DNA of 56,857 nt, filler included, from Sphacelaria rigidula (Eukaryota): assembly GCA_964200075.2 (NCBI GenBank). It is 5 parts of 5 records of this genome, joined end to end, with 100 filler letters (N's around TTAATTAATTAA, not from the genome) between each part and the next. Parts side by side here need not be neighbours in the genome. Positions count along the whole stretch, not along the records: positions 1 to 11,292 come from CAXNAA020005105.1; positions 11,393 to 22,684 come from CAXNAA020005106.1; 3 more parts are not named here. One strand, written 5' to 3'. Of the stretch, positions 1 to 11,726 are shown one piece after another. Position numbers and translations under genes: made by a program. Every line of letters begins with the position of its first letter. Position 1 is the stretch's first letter. The notes beneath the pieces are model-generated. The model saw only the letters and a list, made by a program, of their open reading frames with translations, ran no database searches and had not been told where the DNA came from.

Positions 1-437
1 GGGAGTGGTGAGGGGTGGGGGGGGGGGGGGGGGGGGGGGGGGTGACAAGAGGGGGGGCGTTCGATGGGCACTGGGCACCCCCGTCACACGATTATTTAGT
101 TGGAGTCTACTCATCATGTCTAACCCTCGATAATCAGCCACCCGAGCTGTGGGAGCGTCGCAACTTCAGTCGATGGCTGGTGAATCCACGAGCAATTACA
201 GCGCAGCCTGCATATACATTCAGTCGGCGGCTGGTGTGGCCGGAAGCACTTAGAGCGTAGGCTATACATGAATGAAGGACTCCCTGGTTTTCACACCTGA
301 GGACTGAAACAAGTGTGGGTCCTACTAGTGCCAGACTTGCGTTTGACCGCAATGGCGCAAGATATGTCCCTACGTTGGGCGGAGGGGAGGGAGGGGAGGC
401 GAATGTTTCAAAGTCTAGCACGAAGTTAGTGGATAGA

Positions 438-1040
438 GCCGGAGGAGCATGTTAAACCGTATGCACGGCAGTTTGTGGGTCTCGCCTACATTACTATAGA
501 TACATTAGATGCCGGGATTTTATGCATTCGTCAGCTAGCTGTTTTATCACTGTGTAAGCTCACGAGTTGCGCCGCCCCATGCCTGCCCCCCCCCCCCCCC
601 CCCGCTCATCACCCCCGCCCCATAAACTCTTTTCACAGACGCGCGTATGCCGGAAGGGCATGTTGAACCGCGTGCGCGGCAGTTTATACCCCGCCTACAC
701 ATACCGTGGTTTCACTCGTTCTGCACGTGTCTTGTCTGTTTGTATTTGTATCTCCACGAGTTGCGCCGCAGCTGCCCCCGCTCGAAAATTTATAGACGCA
801 CGCATTTGTCGGCAGGGTATGTTGGCTCCTCGACACACCAGAGTGGGAGATCTGCTGAATCGGCATCATCTTTGGTTGAAGAGTGGGTGCAACACCCGGA
901 TGGATCGTCGTGGCGGTCACAGGGTTTATCGGGTGCACGACAGGGTGTGGCTAGCCTACCACCTACTACCTCTCACTGCATGCCCACCAGTTGCGCCGCC
1001 CCCCCCGCCCCACTCCCCTCCCTGCTCCACAAATTTTCTT
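438..1040. repeat. Degenerate tandem repeat, about 3 units of 160-230 bp
   Basis: The motifs GCCGGA(A)GGGCATGTT(A/G)AACCG, GCCTAC and CAC(G/C)AGTTGCGCCGC recur in the same order about three times (units start near 438, 647, 806), with poly-C tracts. Confidence 0.7.
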
Positions 1041-1122
1041 CCTAGAGGGGCGTTTTTCATCACATTTGCCCTTAATTATTTTCGTTGATTTCAGATCCGG
1101 GGAGGGGGCCTCATGCAGTTAA

Positions 1123-1219
1123 CCCTCTGACCGCGAGGGTAGGTCATGTTGTCATGAATTAATTCTTTAAGCGAAATTGATGCTGATTCAACACGTGGAC
1201 TATGCTCGCGGTCAAAGGC
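1123..1219. mobile_element. 97-bp piggyBac-like MITE with TTAA target-site duplication
   Basis: TTAA at 1119-1122 and 1220-1223. Terminal inverted repeats CCCTCTGACCGCGAG / CTCGCGGTCAAAGGC. The core GAAATTGATGCYGATTCAAC recurs near 14366, and reverse-complemented near 18193 and 19275. Confidence 0.7.
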
Positions 1220-4200
1220 TTAAACGTCAAAGATGCTTCTTTAGGAGCCTGCTCGTGTACAATCGAGATACAGTACTTATAAGCGACAAACTCAGGCTTA
1301 ACTTTTCAGGCTAGTGAAGAAATACGGCCGAACTATTGGCCCTACACCGATAATTTATTTGATAATTCAAAATTTTACGACATTCCGGTTGGGGGTATGA
1401 AATAAGGTTCGAGCCCGGTGCTAAAATAGCCTGTCTCACTACAGTACCAACCCGCCAGCAGCAGAGCTCTCGCTCACCCGGTTACCGAATATATGGGGTC
1501 ACTGGATGCCAGTATCATGTTCCACCACGGTAACCACTAGTTTGGTAATGAGTGAGTGACCGGCTCACCAGAACATAATGATCATCGATAGTCAGCTTGC
1601 CAACACTGCTCCAGCCAGGCATCAACTTTTGAGTGGCGTGCTGTTGTACTGCTCTACTATAGCTTGTCCAATACTTGCAAATGTCGAACGGCGTCGACAG
1701 AAAGCCAAAACTTGCCGAGACGTATAAAATGATGCGTCAGGAGGGTGTGAAGACCGGCTTATTTACAGAATCATAGTGCGCAGGAAGGACGGCAGGAACT
1801 GATTGTTTCGTCAATAACCTCAGCGTTGATTCCCGCCACAAACAATCTTGAGCAACAAGGAAAGGGGAATTTGAAATGAAAGGCGGGAGTGGGGGAACAA
1901 GAGTAATCTAAAATACACTACGGGAACCATCAAAATCAAATCTGGTCAAGTCTTGAACGGACAAAATGCTGGTGGAGGCGGTTCAATTCATGTCGCGCAA
2001 TTTCCGAAACTTTCGAGTGCGTGTTTCTTCATGTCTTGAACTTGAGCGAGATTGAATATTGGGAATACATACGACTTTCAAGACCGGCGGGTGTGTTGTG
2101 AAGACGGGAAGACTGAGATGACGGAAGGAACACAGGTGTGTGTGTGAGGGAGGGAGGAGGGGGGTAGGAGGACGGGTGAGAAACCGCGTGAAGCGACTGT
2201 CGCTGTATGCGAGGGCTATCAGCCATGCCCAACTACTGTACTGTTAAAAAGCGAACTACCACTGGAAGAAAAGGGGGGCAGCGGATGTTATTTTTGCCAT
2301 GCCAATGATTTGTCATCGCGCCTTGACGTACAAAGCTCAAGGAAAGATTGGAGTCGTGAAAGGGGATCGAGAAGTTATTTAATTAACACGAGAGGCGGTA
2401 ACACAAAATGCGCGACGCTATGCTCATTTTTATTCATGGATTTCATCACGTTTGACATTTGGTTGCGCCGCGCCAGTGAAATTTCGGGGCAGCAACGAAG
2501 AAAATATCGTGTGTATTCCATTTCGACGGCGTTGCATGACAGTGGATGGCCGATGAGGGAGGGGTGGGGGAAGTGGGGGGGGGGGGGGGGGGGGGGGGGG
2601 AAAAACAAAAGGGGGGGGGGGGGGGGGGGAGAGTGGGGCGAAGAGGAGAAGAAAAAGCGGAGGGTTGTCGTATGGCAGTGCAATATCCGGAGGAACTACA
2701 GTAATCAAGTATAAGATATTATTTCTTCACCCCGTGTAATGGACTCTATTGAGAAGATGAAACATACAAAACCATGTAGTTCTTCACTGCTGCTGTATAA
2801 GTATATACTACGGTACGGTACAGTACAGTATCTGTGAATATATTACCACTGTGCTGTTTCATGTGTCGGAGAGCACAACCTGGTCCCAGCTGGTAAATAG
2901 TAAAAAGTGGGAAGCAAGGGTGACGCACGTGGCGTGATGGTGTCAGACGTGGCCTAACGTGCTCTACACAGATGAAGTGATAAAACGAAAGATTTACCTT
3001 CTGCGTTGTTGAAGTGACAACGCGAGAGCAGAACAGCATTCCACTTTCGGCGCGCTTCGTTGAACGAGTTAGAATAGCTGATCCCGCGTATTGTTCACGT
3101 TGGGCGCGTGCGATCCGACTATTATTATCCTACGACCGAGCCCATGCAGTTTCATGAAATATCTTGAAGCCCACCTGTGTGTTGAGGTGTGAGGTTTTTG
3201 CGAGGAGCTGTTGACGAGAGAACCACAAGATTTAGTTTTTTGTGCATATGGAAACGGATGATCCGTGATCAGATATGATGAAACAAGCAACCGGTGCTGG
3301 TCAAGTATAGACGGTGTAATGATGGCAAGCGTAGCCAGCAGGTGCGAGAAACGCCCAGAAATGAGTGCTGTGCTCCTGTACACCACAGAAAGGACGGGTA
3401 GTCGGGCAGAGTACATCAAGTGTTCGATCCGTTAGAGGTGCCATTGTACGCTACCGACTCACGTGGGACCGCGGGTACAGCCCAACACACTGGGTGTTGA
3501 CGGGCTCGGCTTCTTGCTTGCTTACAGTACTGCGCCGCATGGTAGAATACAACACAGTGGGCGTACCACCGTTTGTGGCCGAAAAAGAAGCAGTTCATTG
3601 GTTAATGACAATGAATAAGGGGGCATTTTGAAAAAACTGCAAGGGTCCTCACACGTTTACGGCGCCTCTCACTCACCTGCCGCACGATATTTTTTTGTGC
3701 TATTACGCTGCGCATCAATAGAACGCACCTATACATGTCCGGCGAGCGCAAGCCATACATGCCGCCACTGCTGTGGACTGCACAGTCGTGGCAATAAAGC
3801 AGTAGATACCGTTACAGTAGAGTCAAGGGGCCAACTCGTTGTGTCTCGTGTCTGGATCTTCCTTTCTGTGCCGGCTTTTAGTATGGCAGAGGCACAAATA
3901 ACAAAAAATAGACATTTCTTTTCAATCATTCCGCGAACATCGAACAGACAGTTCACTCGTTCTGCAAATAGGTAACGGGCGGGACGTTCGATGAACTCTC
4001 ATCAGCTCTGTGTGTGTTCATGTGCGACGTGAGTTGTTCAAAGCGGCTAGGCCGAACACGTGGTCCATATACATCAACAACACGGAGTACGGTACCGTAG
4101 GGTACACGATGTGACAAAGATTTGTCAACAGCTGCTTCGTGTGCGGCGCGGTGGGTAATCTACACAAAAGATTCGATCAACTTCATCAGACTTGTTCTGT

Positions 4201-4809
4201 ACTGGATCTATCCTCGTGCCAGGGTTGACGTCCTACGGTATCATTTTAGGCAACAGATCAAGGTGTGTGATGTACACGCATCTGTACATGACATCAAACA
4301 TAGATTAAGGACACTACATGAGATGTAATATAGAGAATCTGAACAGACCCAGCTTCATGCCTCCCGGGGAGACAGCAGTGCCAGTCTAGTGACTCCCTGT
4401 CACACGAACAATCGAGAGGCTGCGTAGCTCGCTGCGTGAGGGCGCTCACTTATTTGGTCGCCAGTTATTGATCGATTTTTTTACCGGTATTTTGTTGGGA
4501 ACTGATGCCACGCGGTTCCCATACTGAAATCACGCGTTGAGCTGTGCGGCTCACTGACTTTAAAATACTCATTTACTCAGTTTGGTCAAGGGGAAAATAG
4601 GACCTCAGCAGTAGGACACAAACAGGCAATGAAGACATCTTCTGTGCTCCAGAAGGGGAAAACAACCCCCCCCTCGTCCACTGTCCATTTTTTTGTGACA
4701 CCCATGTACCAAAATTGGCACAACGATTCAGACATAACTCACACCACTGCACCACCGTGATATTGATACATACCGAGACGGCGCGTGAACACCAAGCATA
4801 AACACATAC

Positions 4810-5133
4810 CTTGAGGGCATCCGTGACTCGTGCCGATGCTAAGTAGGCGGCCATAGTCTCTGGGTCTCGTGTAAGATGCCCCCGAGTGTGGCGAGCAGTG
4901 ACGGTCAGATCCATGTCGAAGACTACAAACGTGATTCCGTGCCTTTGCAAGTGCTGTCGCAGTTCACCTAGCGCTGGATCCATGTCGAACTCCGAATCCC
5001 ACTCTGCACCCCAACTGCCGGCGGTGGGCCAATTTTGGTAGCCTAGTTGCACGCCGCTGGAAGCAAGGTGTTGGTGCAGACCCGGGAGAGGTAAACAGTG
5101 GTACTGCTGTGACGAGTGCTGTAGTGGTGTCAT
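4810..5133 (-). CDS. First coding exon of a HAD-superfamily hydrolase/phosphatase-like protein
   Basis: ATG at 5133. Translation contains GITFVVFDMDLTVTARHTRG, i.e. HAD motif I DxDxT after a hydrophobic beta-strand. Canonical phase-0 donor AAG|GTATGT at 4810/4809. Downstream exons were not identified. Confidence 0.75.
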
Positions 5134-7187
5134 AGTGGTACGTCGACCGGTGAGCTCTCACTCGGGGTTGCTTATCCGAGACTCTTCTGATTTAGCGGTC
5201 GTGTATATCGTGTGCTTGATCTGCGCAGCAACTTTGCTTTGCGCGGCGGAAGAAGACTTCTTTCACCGCGTTTGGATCTCGCGCGAAAAAATCGAGAAAA
5301 TGGTGGTGAGTACTAGCCCCCCCTGTTTGATTAAAATCTCGAAGTGCGTGTCGGTTTGTGTTTTGTGGTGGTCACCGCGTTTTTGCAAACGTTGACGTTG
5401 ATGATGGTGGTCGTCCCGCGCGATGCTTGCGGTCGGACTACTTGATGTTGTTGACGCGTTGATGTTTCTGCTATCGTTTTGTTGTTGGTGTTCTTGATGT
5501 TGTCGCTGTTGCTGTTGTTGTTGCCGAATCAAATGATGCTATGCTGCTCCGTCTTAGCGGTTGCTGAGGTGTTATTTGTCGTGAAGGTAGAGAAAGTGTC
5601 GCTGAATGGAGTTTGATGTGTTGCGAACTGATGTATGTGACGAGTGGGTCGATGAGCTTCAATACAGCAAGTACCAACAATTGCACGGCAACGTCTCTTT
5701 GTCTTCCCCCTCCCCCTTCGTTGGCACTTTGCGACTGGCTAGGGAAGTGGAAAGCAGACTTTTGTAGCACAGCCAGAGGGTTTGGAGGGGAGACACCAGC
5801 AGACCAGATGTGTGCCGTTGCCCTTTGGCGATATTATGCTGATTTCTGATGCTGGTGATGCGATGAAGGGCGCTGCAATTACTGAAACATCACATGGGCA
5901 GCTGCAGACAGTCAGCAGAGGCTGCTGCGATTACGAAATATCCAAAAAGAAGGATCTACAAATCAGTTGGTGACTGCTTTCTCCGAGCTGATGGTGGTTG
6001 ATATTTCTGGTCTATCCGCCCCTCCCACACAGCACATGAACTTTTTGTTGTCTCGCGCCGGGCAGTGATTCGTTGCCGTCTGGTACTTGCTGTACTTACT
6101 TTACGTCTTTCTGGGAATACCTTCCCCTGAGCGCTTAGTCGGCCCGTCAAAAAATCTGCGTAAAGTATTCGAAGGAAAAAATGAAACAGAGGTGGGTTCA
6201 TTGGATCTTTATCCGTGCACTGGATTGCCCGTTCGGCGATCTGATTGATCAATTCAAAACTTCAAACTTCGACCACCGACGAATCAGCGGAAATTCGACC
6301 CGAGAACAATACGCTAATGTGTGACGATCGAGAAAGTGATGCCAAACAAACCCGACAGTTGTGCGGTCCTTCCTGTACCTGAACTGGCCACCGCACTTTT
6401 TCGCGGCAAGGAAGTTTTGCTGCGGTCAACACGGTAGTCTCGAACCGGCAGAGCGTCAAGAGGCAGCCGTGGTACGAATTACAGCTTGTCCACTGCACTA
6501 TCACGACGAACTTGATGCCCTACGCCCCGCCGTGCTTCATGGACTGTGGAGGGCAACTCACCTACAGTAATTGGACTGTACACTGCAGTTGTCGTTGTCT
6601 TTTCCACTGCTGTAGTTTTGTCTGCACAACTGTCTGTTCAACTACTCGTGTACGTCATGTGTTCCATCCATCACACCTGTTTACGGACCGACTGTCGTAC
6701 TGTACTCGATTTTTTTCGACTACTCGTATTCTGATGGAGTCTGTTGTGCGGTTGTATACCATATACTACTCGTACAGTTACTATTTTTTTTATAGTAAAC
6801 TGAGCGAGTCGTGGAGTTCGAACCACATCCACTCATTTTGTGAACCTTCTGCTCAAAACATATGACACAGTCGAACATTATGTTTCCAGTAGTACAATAG
6901 ATACATGTCACCACCAGTCAGTGTATGTAACAAGATATCAGTCTGGGCCTCATAAGAACGCAGGTGGATGGGTAAGATACTGAGGTCGTAGGCAAGAATG
7001 CGAGTGAATAGGGGACCGGAGCAGCGAGACAAGAAGATCTGCATACCAGTAATTTTACCGATCTATTAGCGCAGCTGTGCATTTTGCAACAACCAGCCAG
7101 GCATGGAGATACAGCAGTGTCATCGGCTTCTGGAGATTTCGCATCATCATCGACGAAAAGAAGAGTAGCACACGCCCGTCAAATGTT

Positions 7188-7219
<32 letters not shown>

Positions 7220-9349
7220 CCCCCCCCCCCCCCCCCCCCCCCCCCGAGACACATGAAAAAGGAGGAGCAATAATACCAAGCGGTAGTGAGGGACGAATGA
7301 ACACAGAGTAGGTCGACTTAAGGCTGGGTCGACGGCCTGATCCGTAGCACATTGGGGTTATTTGTTTGTTTTTGGTGAGCTTTCGTGAGGCTGAGATCTG
7401 GGTTCGCATCAAACTGCGACAACGAATTTTTACAAGTCACTGCTGCTGCTGCTGCCGCTGCTGTTTTCATGCATGTACTGCCCATAGTGCCAGCTTCTTT
7501 CTCTGTTGGTCATTGCAGGTTAGCTTTCAGCTGTCAATTTCTTTTAGTTCACTGGACGGAGCAGGTAGGGCGGTTCCGTTGGCAGTCGGCATCATAGCGA
7601 TCTGCACATGACACCGCGTTGTGGACGTAAAATAGCTTTTCTTGCTTCCGGTTCGCTTTGTTTGCAAGACAAGACAGAGGAACGAGTATCGCCGTGTTTT
7701 GTGTACTTTTGCTGTTGATAGAACAGTGGAGGTCACCATCGCGCGGATGAAATTAAGGAAATCTATCTCTTTTCGAAAAGCTCCATGCGCCCATCTCTGC
7801 GCCACCTGATCGGTAAAGTGTCTACATTCTGCTTTCTACGTTACCAGAATGTTCAGTCATGTAGGTGCTGTCTGAATGCATGACGGAGAGGTAACGGAAG
7901 CGCTGGAGAGGGCACGGGTGGGGGGCAACATCAGTAAGCCATCACTCGAAAAACGTGTGGAAAAACAAGCGAAGACATACCATAAATTTTTGGGTATGGT
8001 CGACGGGCTCAGTGGACGAAAAGATCATCGACGTTGTTGTTGGCTTGTGTGAATCACAAATTGGCGTTTGACGCTTTCAGTCAACGTCATTTAAGCGATT
8101 GATTAACGAGGGTGCCGAAGGTACGAACGATATATCCCCACCTACAAGGGGCAGCTATATGAATTGTCTACGTATGTGACACGCTTGTATTTGTATGCTC
8201 GGCCTTCGTGGAGGAAGGCAACAGACTGATATATAAATTTACATTCCTCCTCAACAGCTGTACTCGTATACACTCACGCATGTATGTGATCGCATGCATG
8301 CTTCCTTGTTGTTTCTCCTCTTCTCTTTTTTTGGTATAATTGTGCAGTAATAGTAGGTCGTAAGTAAAACGGATGATCGAGCACCACACGTCGACCTTCC
8401 TTCATCACCCCTTGAATCGCATTACGGTACTGTATCAAATCTTCAAGATTTGATACTTCCTGCGACGCACCCGGCATGTATATTGCGTATATTCAGTCGG
8501 CCCTGACAAATGCGGCCCGCCGTAGGAGTGCTAAGGCATATGCGCAGCAAGGCCCGCCGCAGGAGAAATGTTTAGCCCGGTAAGGAATCTCATGCCTTGC
8601 ATGCCTATGATTTACAGTATAGTCAGCGTCAGAAGTATGCAGAATCCGTAATTTCTTAGTTTCTCAAAGATTGTCCAAATTTGTTTTGCTTGCCCCCGGT
8701 TTGAAGTAGTTCTCGATCGTCTAAGAACGGCGGATTTTGTGCTCGCCTCTGCGTGTGTTGAGAAGATAGGAGCGTGTCGGGTAACCAACACTATCGCCTC
8801 AAGGCCAATAACAAAAGCATGCCTCATCTGTCAGGGCCTCGTACACACATCCATACATTCACTGTCGTGGTAGTGAATCGTGCTATATTAATATTGCCGC
8901 TGCGCAAACCATGTGTCATACTCCACGCCAGGGGACGCCCGCTGATGCATCCCCAGGAGGCAATGCCTACCACTCCCAATTTTCGTTTTGCAGCATGCTG
9001 GTGCGGCGGTGACACCATCGCCATTGCATAGAATAGAGAGCTCTTCTTCAGCATCCAACATCACCGTGTGCACCGCCGACAAACTGCAGCACGCCAAACG
9101 GCGGCAGCAAACCATCACTTTACCGTACCACTCTATTTGGTGGGTGATACCTTCTCGGCCTTATTGCTCCGAAGTCTTCTGTGAACAGCAAAGTCTTGCA
9201 GCGTCAGGTAATTTTCTCAAGGCACCTCTGCTAGCCAGATACTCGTCGCCAACCATCTACAGGGTGTGCCGCTGTAGTGCCCCTGTAGACGGTTCATCTA
9301 TGCTGCAGTTAGTTGCTCCGCTTGTTGTGGGTTGCACACTGCTTCGTTA

Positions 9350-10810
9350 TGCACACACAGTCCGTAGCCATCGTTCAAGCCATCGTGGGGTTCAAACGGC
9401 CTCGTACCGGACGAGAAAAGCGCCTGCTACACACGGTACTGCCAAAAAATACCGCGATCCAACTGGACTTGGACATAGGTTTGTTCAAGTCCAGCGAGTG
9501 CAATACCTGTCCTTGCTCGTTCTGTGTGCCTTTTATCGGCACCACAGCAGCTGCTGAACACTCACACAGTCCGTAGCCACCGTTCGAGGTATCGCACGTT
9601 GCAAGTGATATCAATAGTTCCGAAATGCGAAAATGCGACGCAACTTGTGCAACATTTTTTTACTTCATACGTTGCCCCGCTAAGCACGGGAGCCGCATCA
9701 TGCGGTGCCATCGCGTTGTGGACTAGAGAAACGGCAATGGTCTTCTTCCTCGCAGCTCCTACAGCCGTGGGAAATCAATAGTCTGGTTGTTTGTCGAGGA
9801 CACCGCCCGTGCTCCCATGGCACCCAGAGCCCAGATTACATAGCCTGTGTCTAAGTTACCAAAGTCGCGTTTTTGACAAAAGCTATCTCCAAGCAGGTCC
9901 AAGTATTTCTTGGCACCGTGAGTAGCGGACGCGATTCGCGCCCGCCGCGGGGTGGTTTTCACCGTGCGATGGCTTGAACGATGGCTACAGCCGGTCGGGT
10001 ATATTCCAGGTGTCGTGGTATCCATACAAGGCATATGGGACGAGCGGAGACAGGTATTCCATTCGCTGGACTTGGACGTAGATTATGTCCAAGTCCAGTT
10101 GGGTGGAGGCATTTTTTGGCATTGTGTGCAGCAGGAGCGTTCTTCGCCCGCTACGAGGCCGTTTGTACCCCACGATGGCTACGGAGTGTGTGAGTGTATT
10201 GCAGCCTTGGTGTCGATGCAAGGCACATGGGACGAGCACGGACAGGAATTCCACTCGCTGGACTTGGACATAACTTACGTTTAAGTCGCGACTTGGACAT
10301 GAGCTATGTCCAAGTCCACTTGGGTCGAGGTAGTTTTTGGCAGTACCGTGTGTAGCAGGCACGTTTATCGTCCGGTACGAGGCCGTTGTTTGCGAACCGT
10401 TTGAACCCCACGATGGCTTGAACGATGGCTATACGGACTGTGTGAGCGCATTGCAGCTGCTGTGGTGTCGATGTAAGGTACATGAGACGAACGCGGACAG
10501 GTATTCCACTCGCTGGACTTGGATATCACTATTTCCAAGTCGCGACTTGGACATAGCTCACGTATCCAAGTCCAGTCGGGCGGCGGCGGCGGCGGTATTT
10601 CTTTGCACTGTGCAGCAGGCGCGTTTCTCGTCCGCTACGAGGCCGTTTGCACCGTGCGATGGCTTGAACGATGGCTACGGACTGTGAGAGTGTACTGCAG
10701 CATTGCAGCAGCTGTGGTGTCGATGAAAGGCACATGAGACGAACGCTGGCAGGTAGTCAAATCGAGGCTGGGCTTGGACATAAGTATTTCCAAGTCGCGA
10801 CCTGGAAATA
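9350..10810. repeat. Palindrome-containing tandem array (about 4 units of 190-255 bp) plus an inverted copy
   Basis: CTGG(A/G)CTTGGA at 10066, 10258, 10513, 10768. GGCTTGAACGATGGCTA at 9971, 10415, 10661 (shortened at 10171). A reverse-complement unit lies at about 9350-9590. Confidence 0.9.
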
Positions 10811-11292
10811 CCCTTACCCTGTTTTTCATGTCTCAACTACGCACGAACCGTGACGGTTAACCACCTAAAGCGAACACACTCGCACACGAGCTAGAAAGCC
10901 TGTTCAACCTCCATCCCAGTGGCCGTGTGGGATTTGTAAGAGACATCGTCATGGATACAGCAGAACCGCTCGCTGTGGCTGTCTTTTGTCATATGCCACT
11001 GTTTCGTAGGCTTGTTGACGTGCGTATATTGATGTCAAACGTCATTATAATATATGCAGTTTACTATATAGCCACACGTGCGGTCTCCGTCCCAGACTAC
11101 CAAAACAATTTGCTGGGTATCAGGTCAGTACAGTTACCATCCGGAATGAAGAAAATTATGGTGGGAATTTGAGGCTGGGATTCTCACGAAAGATGAAAAA
11201 GGGGAGGGGGGGGGGGGGGGGGAAACATTTGTTTCTTACCTTAGTCGTTTGACCATTGACCATGCATCCCTTGCGAGACAGAGCACCTCTCC

Positions 11293-11392
11293 NNNNNNNN
11301 NNNNNNNNNNNNNNNNNNNNNNNNNNNNNNNNNNNNTTAATTAATTAANNNNNNNNNNNNNNNNNNNNNNNNNNNNNNNNNNNNNNNNNNNN
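11293..11392. other. Artificial contig-joining spacer
   Basis: 44 N + TTAATTAATTAA (stops in all six frames) + 44 N. Confidence 0.99.
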
Positions 11393-11726
11393 CCACCTCT
11401 TGGGTGTGTACTTGTTTTCCCAGATCCAGTTGTACAGCATGACCATCATTGTAATCATTCCTTCTCCCCCGTACTTGAGAAAATCATTCGCTATTTCGTC
11501 TGCCCCTGCTGCCTTTCTGTTCTTGAGTTTAGCTACGCACTATCCTTTACTTCATCTCTAGTAAACTCTCTCTGCAAGTCTGTCGAGCGACTATCCTCCC
11601 GTTTCGACGTCTCTACATTCGCCTGTGTGCCCACGCGTGGATTTCTTTTGCGAATTCCTTGTCGAACTCGGTGGTTGTTTCTGGTGTTCCTAGTTTACGG
11701 TATTGTTCGATTAGCACTTTTCTCTA
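11393..11726 (-). mobile_element. Degenerate non-LTR retrotransposon (LINE) ORF2 fragment, region preceding and starting the RT domain
   Basis: Minus-strand translation with two frameshifts: KVLIEQYRKLGTP...LQREFTRDEVK/CVAKLKNRKAAGADEIANDFLKYGGEGMITMMVMLYNWIWENKYTPKRW. This matches the LINE signature FTxxEV...LKxxKAxGxDxIxxExLKxGG...LxNxxW...PxxW. Cut off by the spacer. Confidence 0.88.

Noticed and set aside
2310..2714. Gly/Pro-rich ORFs here and at 15-260, 567-1088, 7055-7412
   Set aside because: Produced by poly-G/C tracts; no domain motifs or splice-consistent structure.
9350..10810. CRISPR array interpretation of the palindromic repeats
   Set aside because: The sequence between palindromes is itself repeated, the period is 190-255 bp, and there are no cas-like ORFs in this eukaryotic context.
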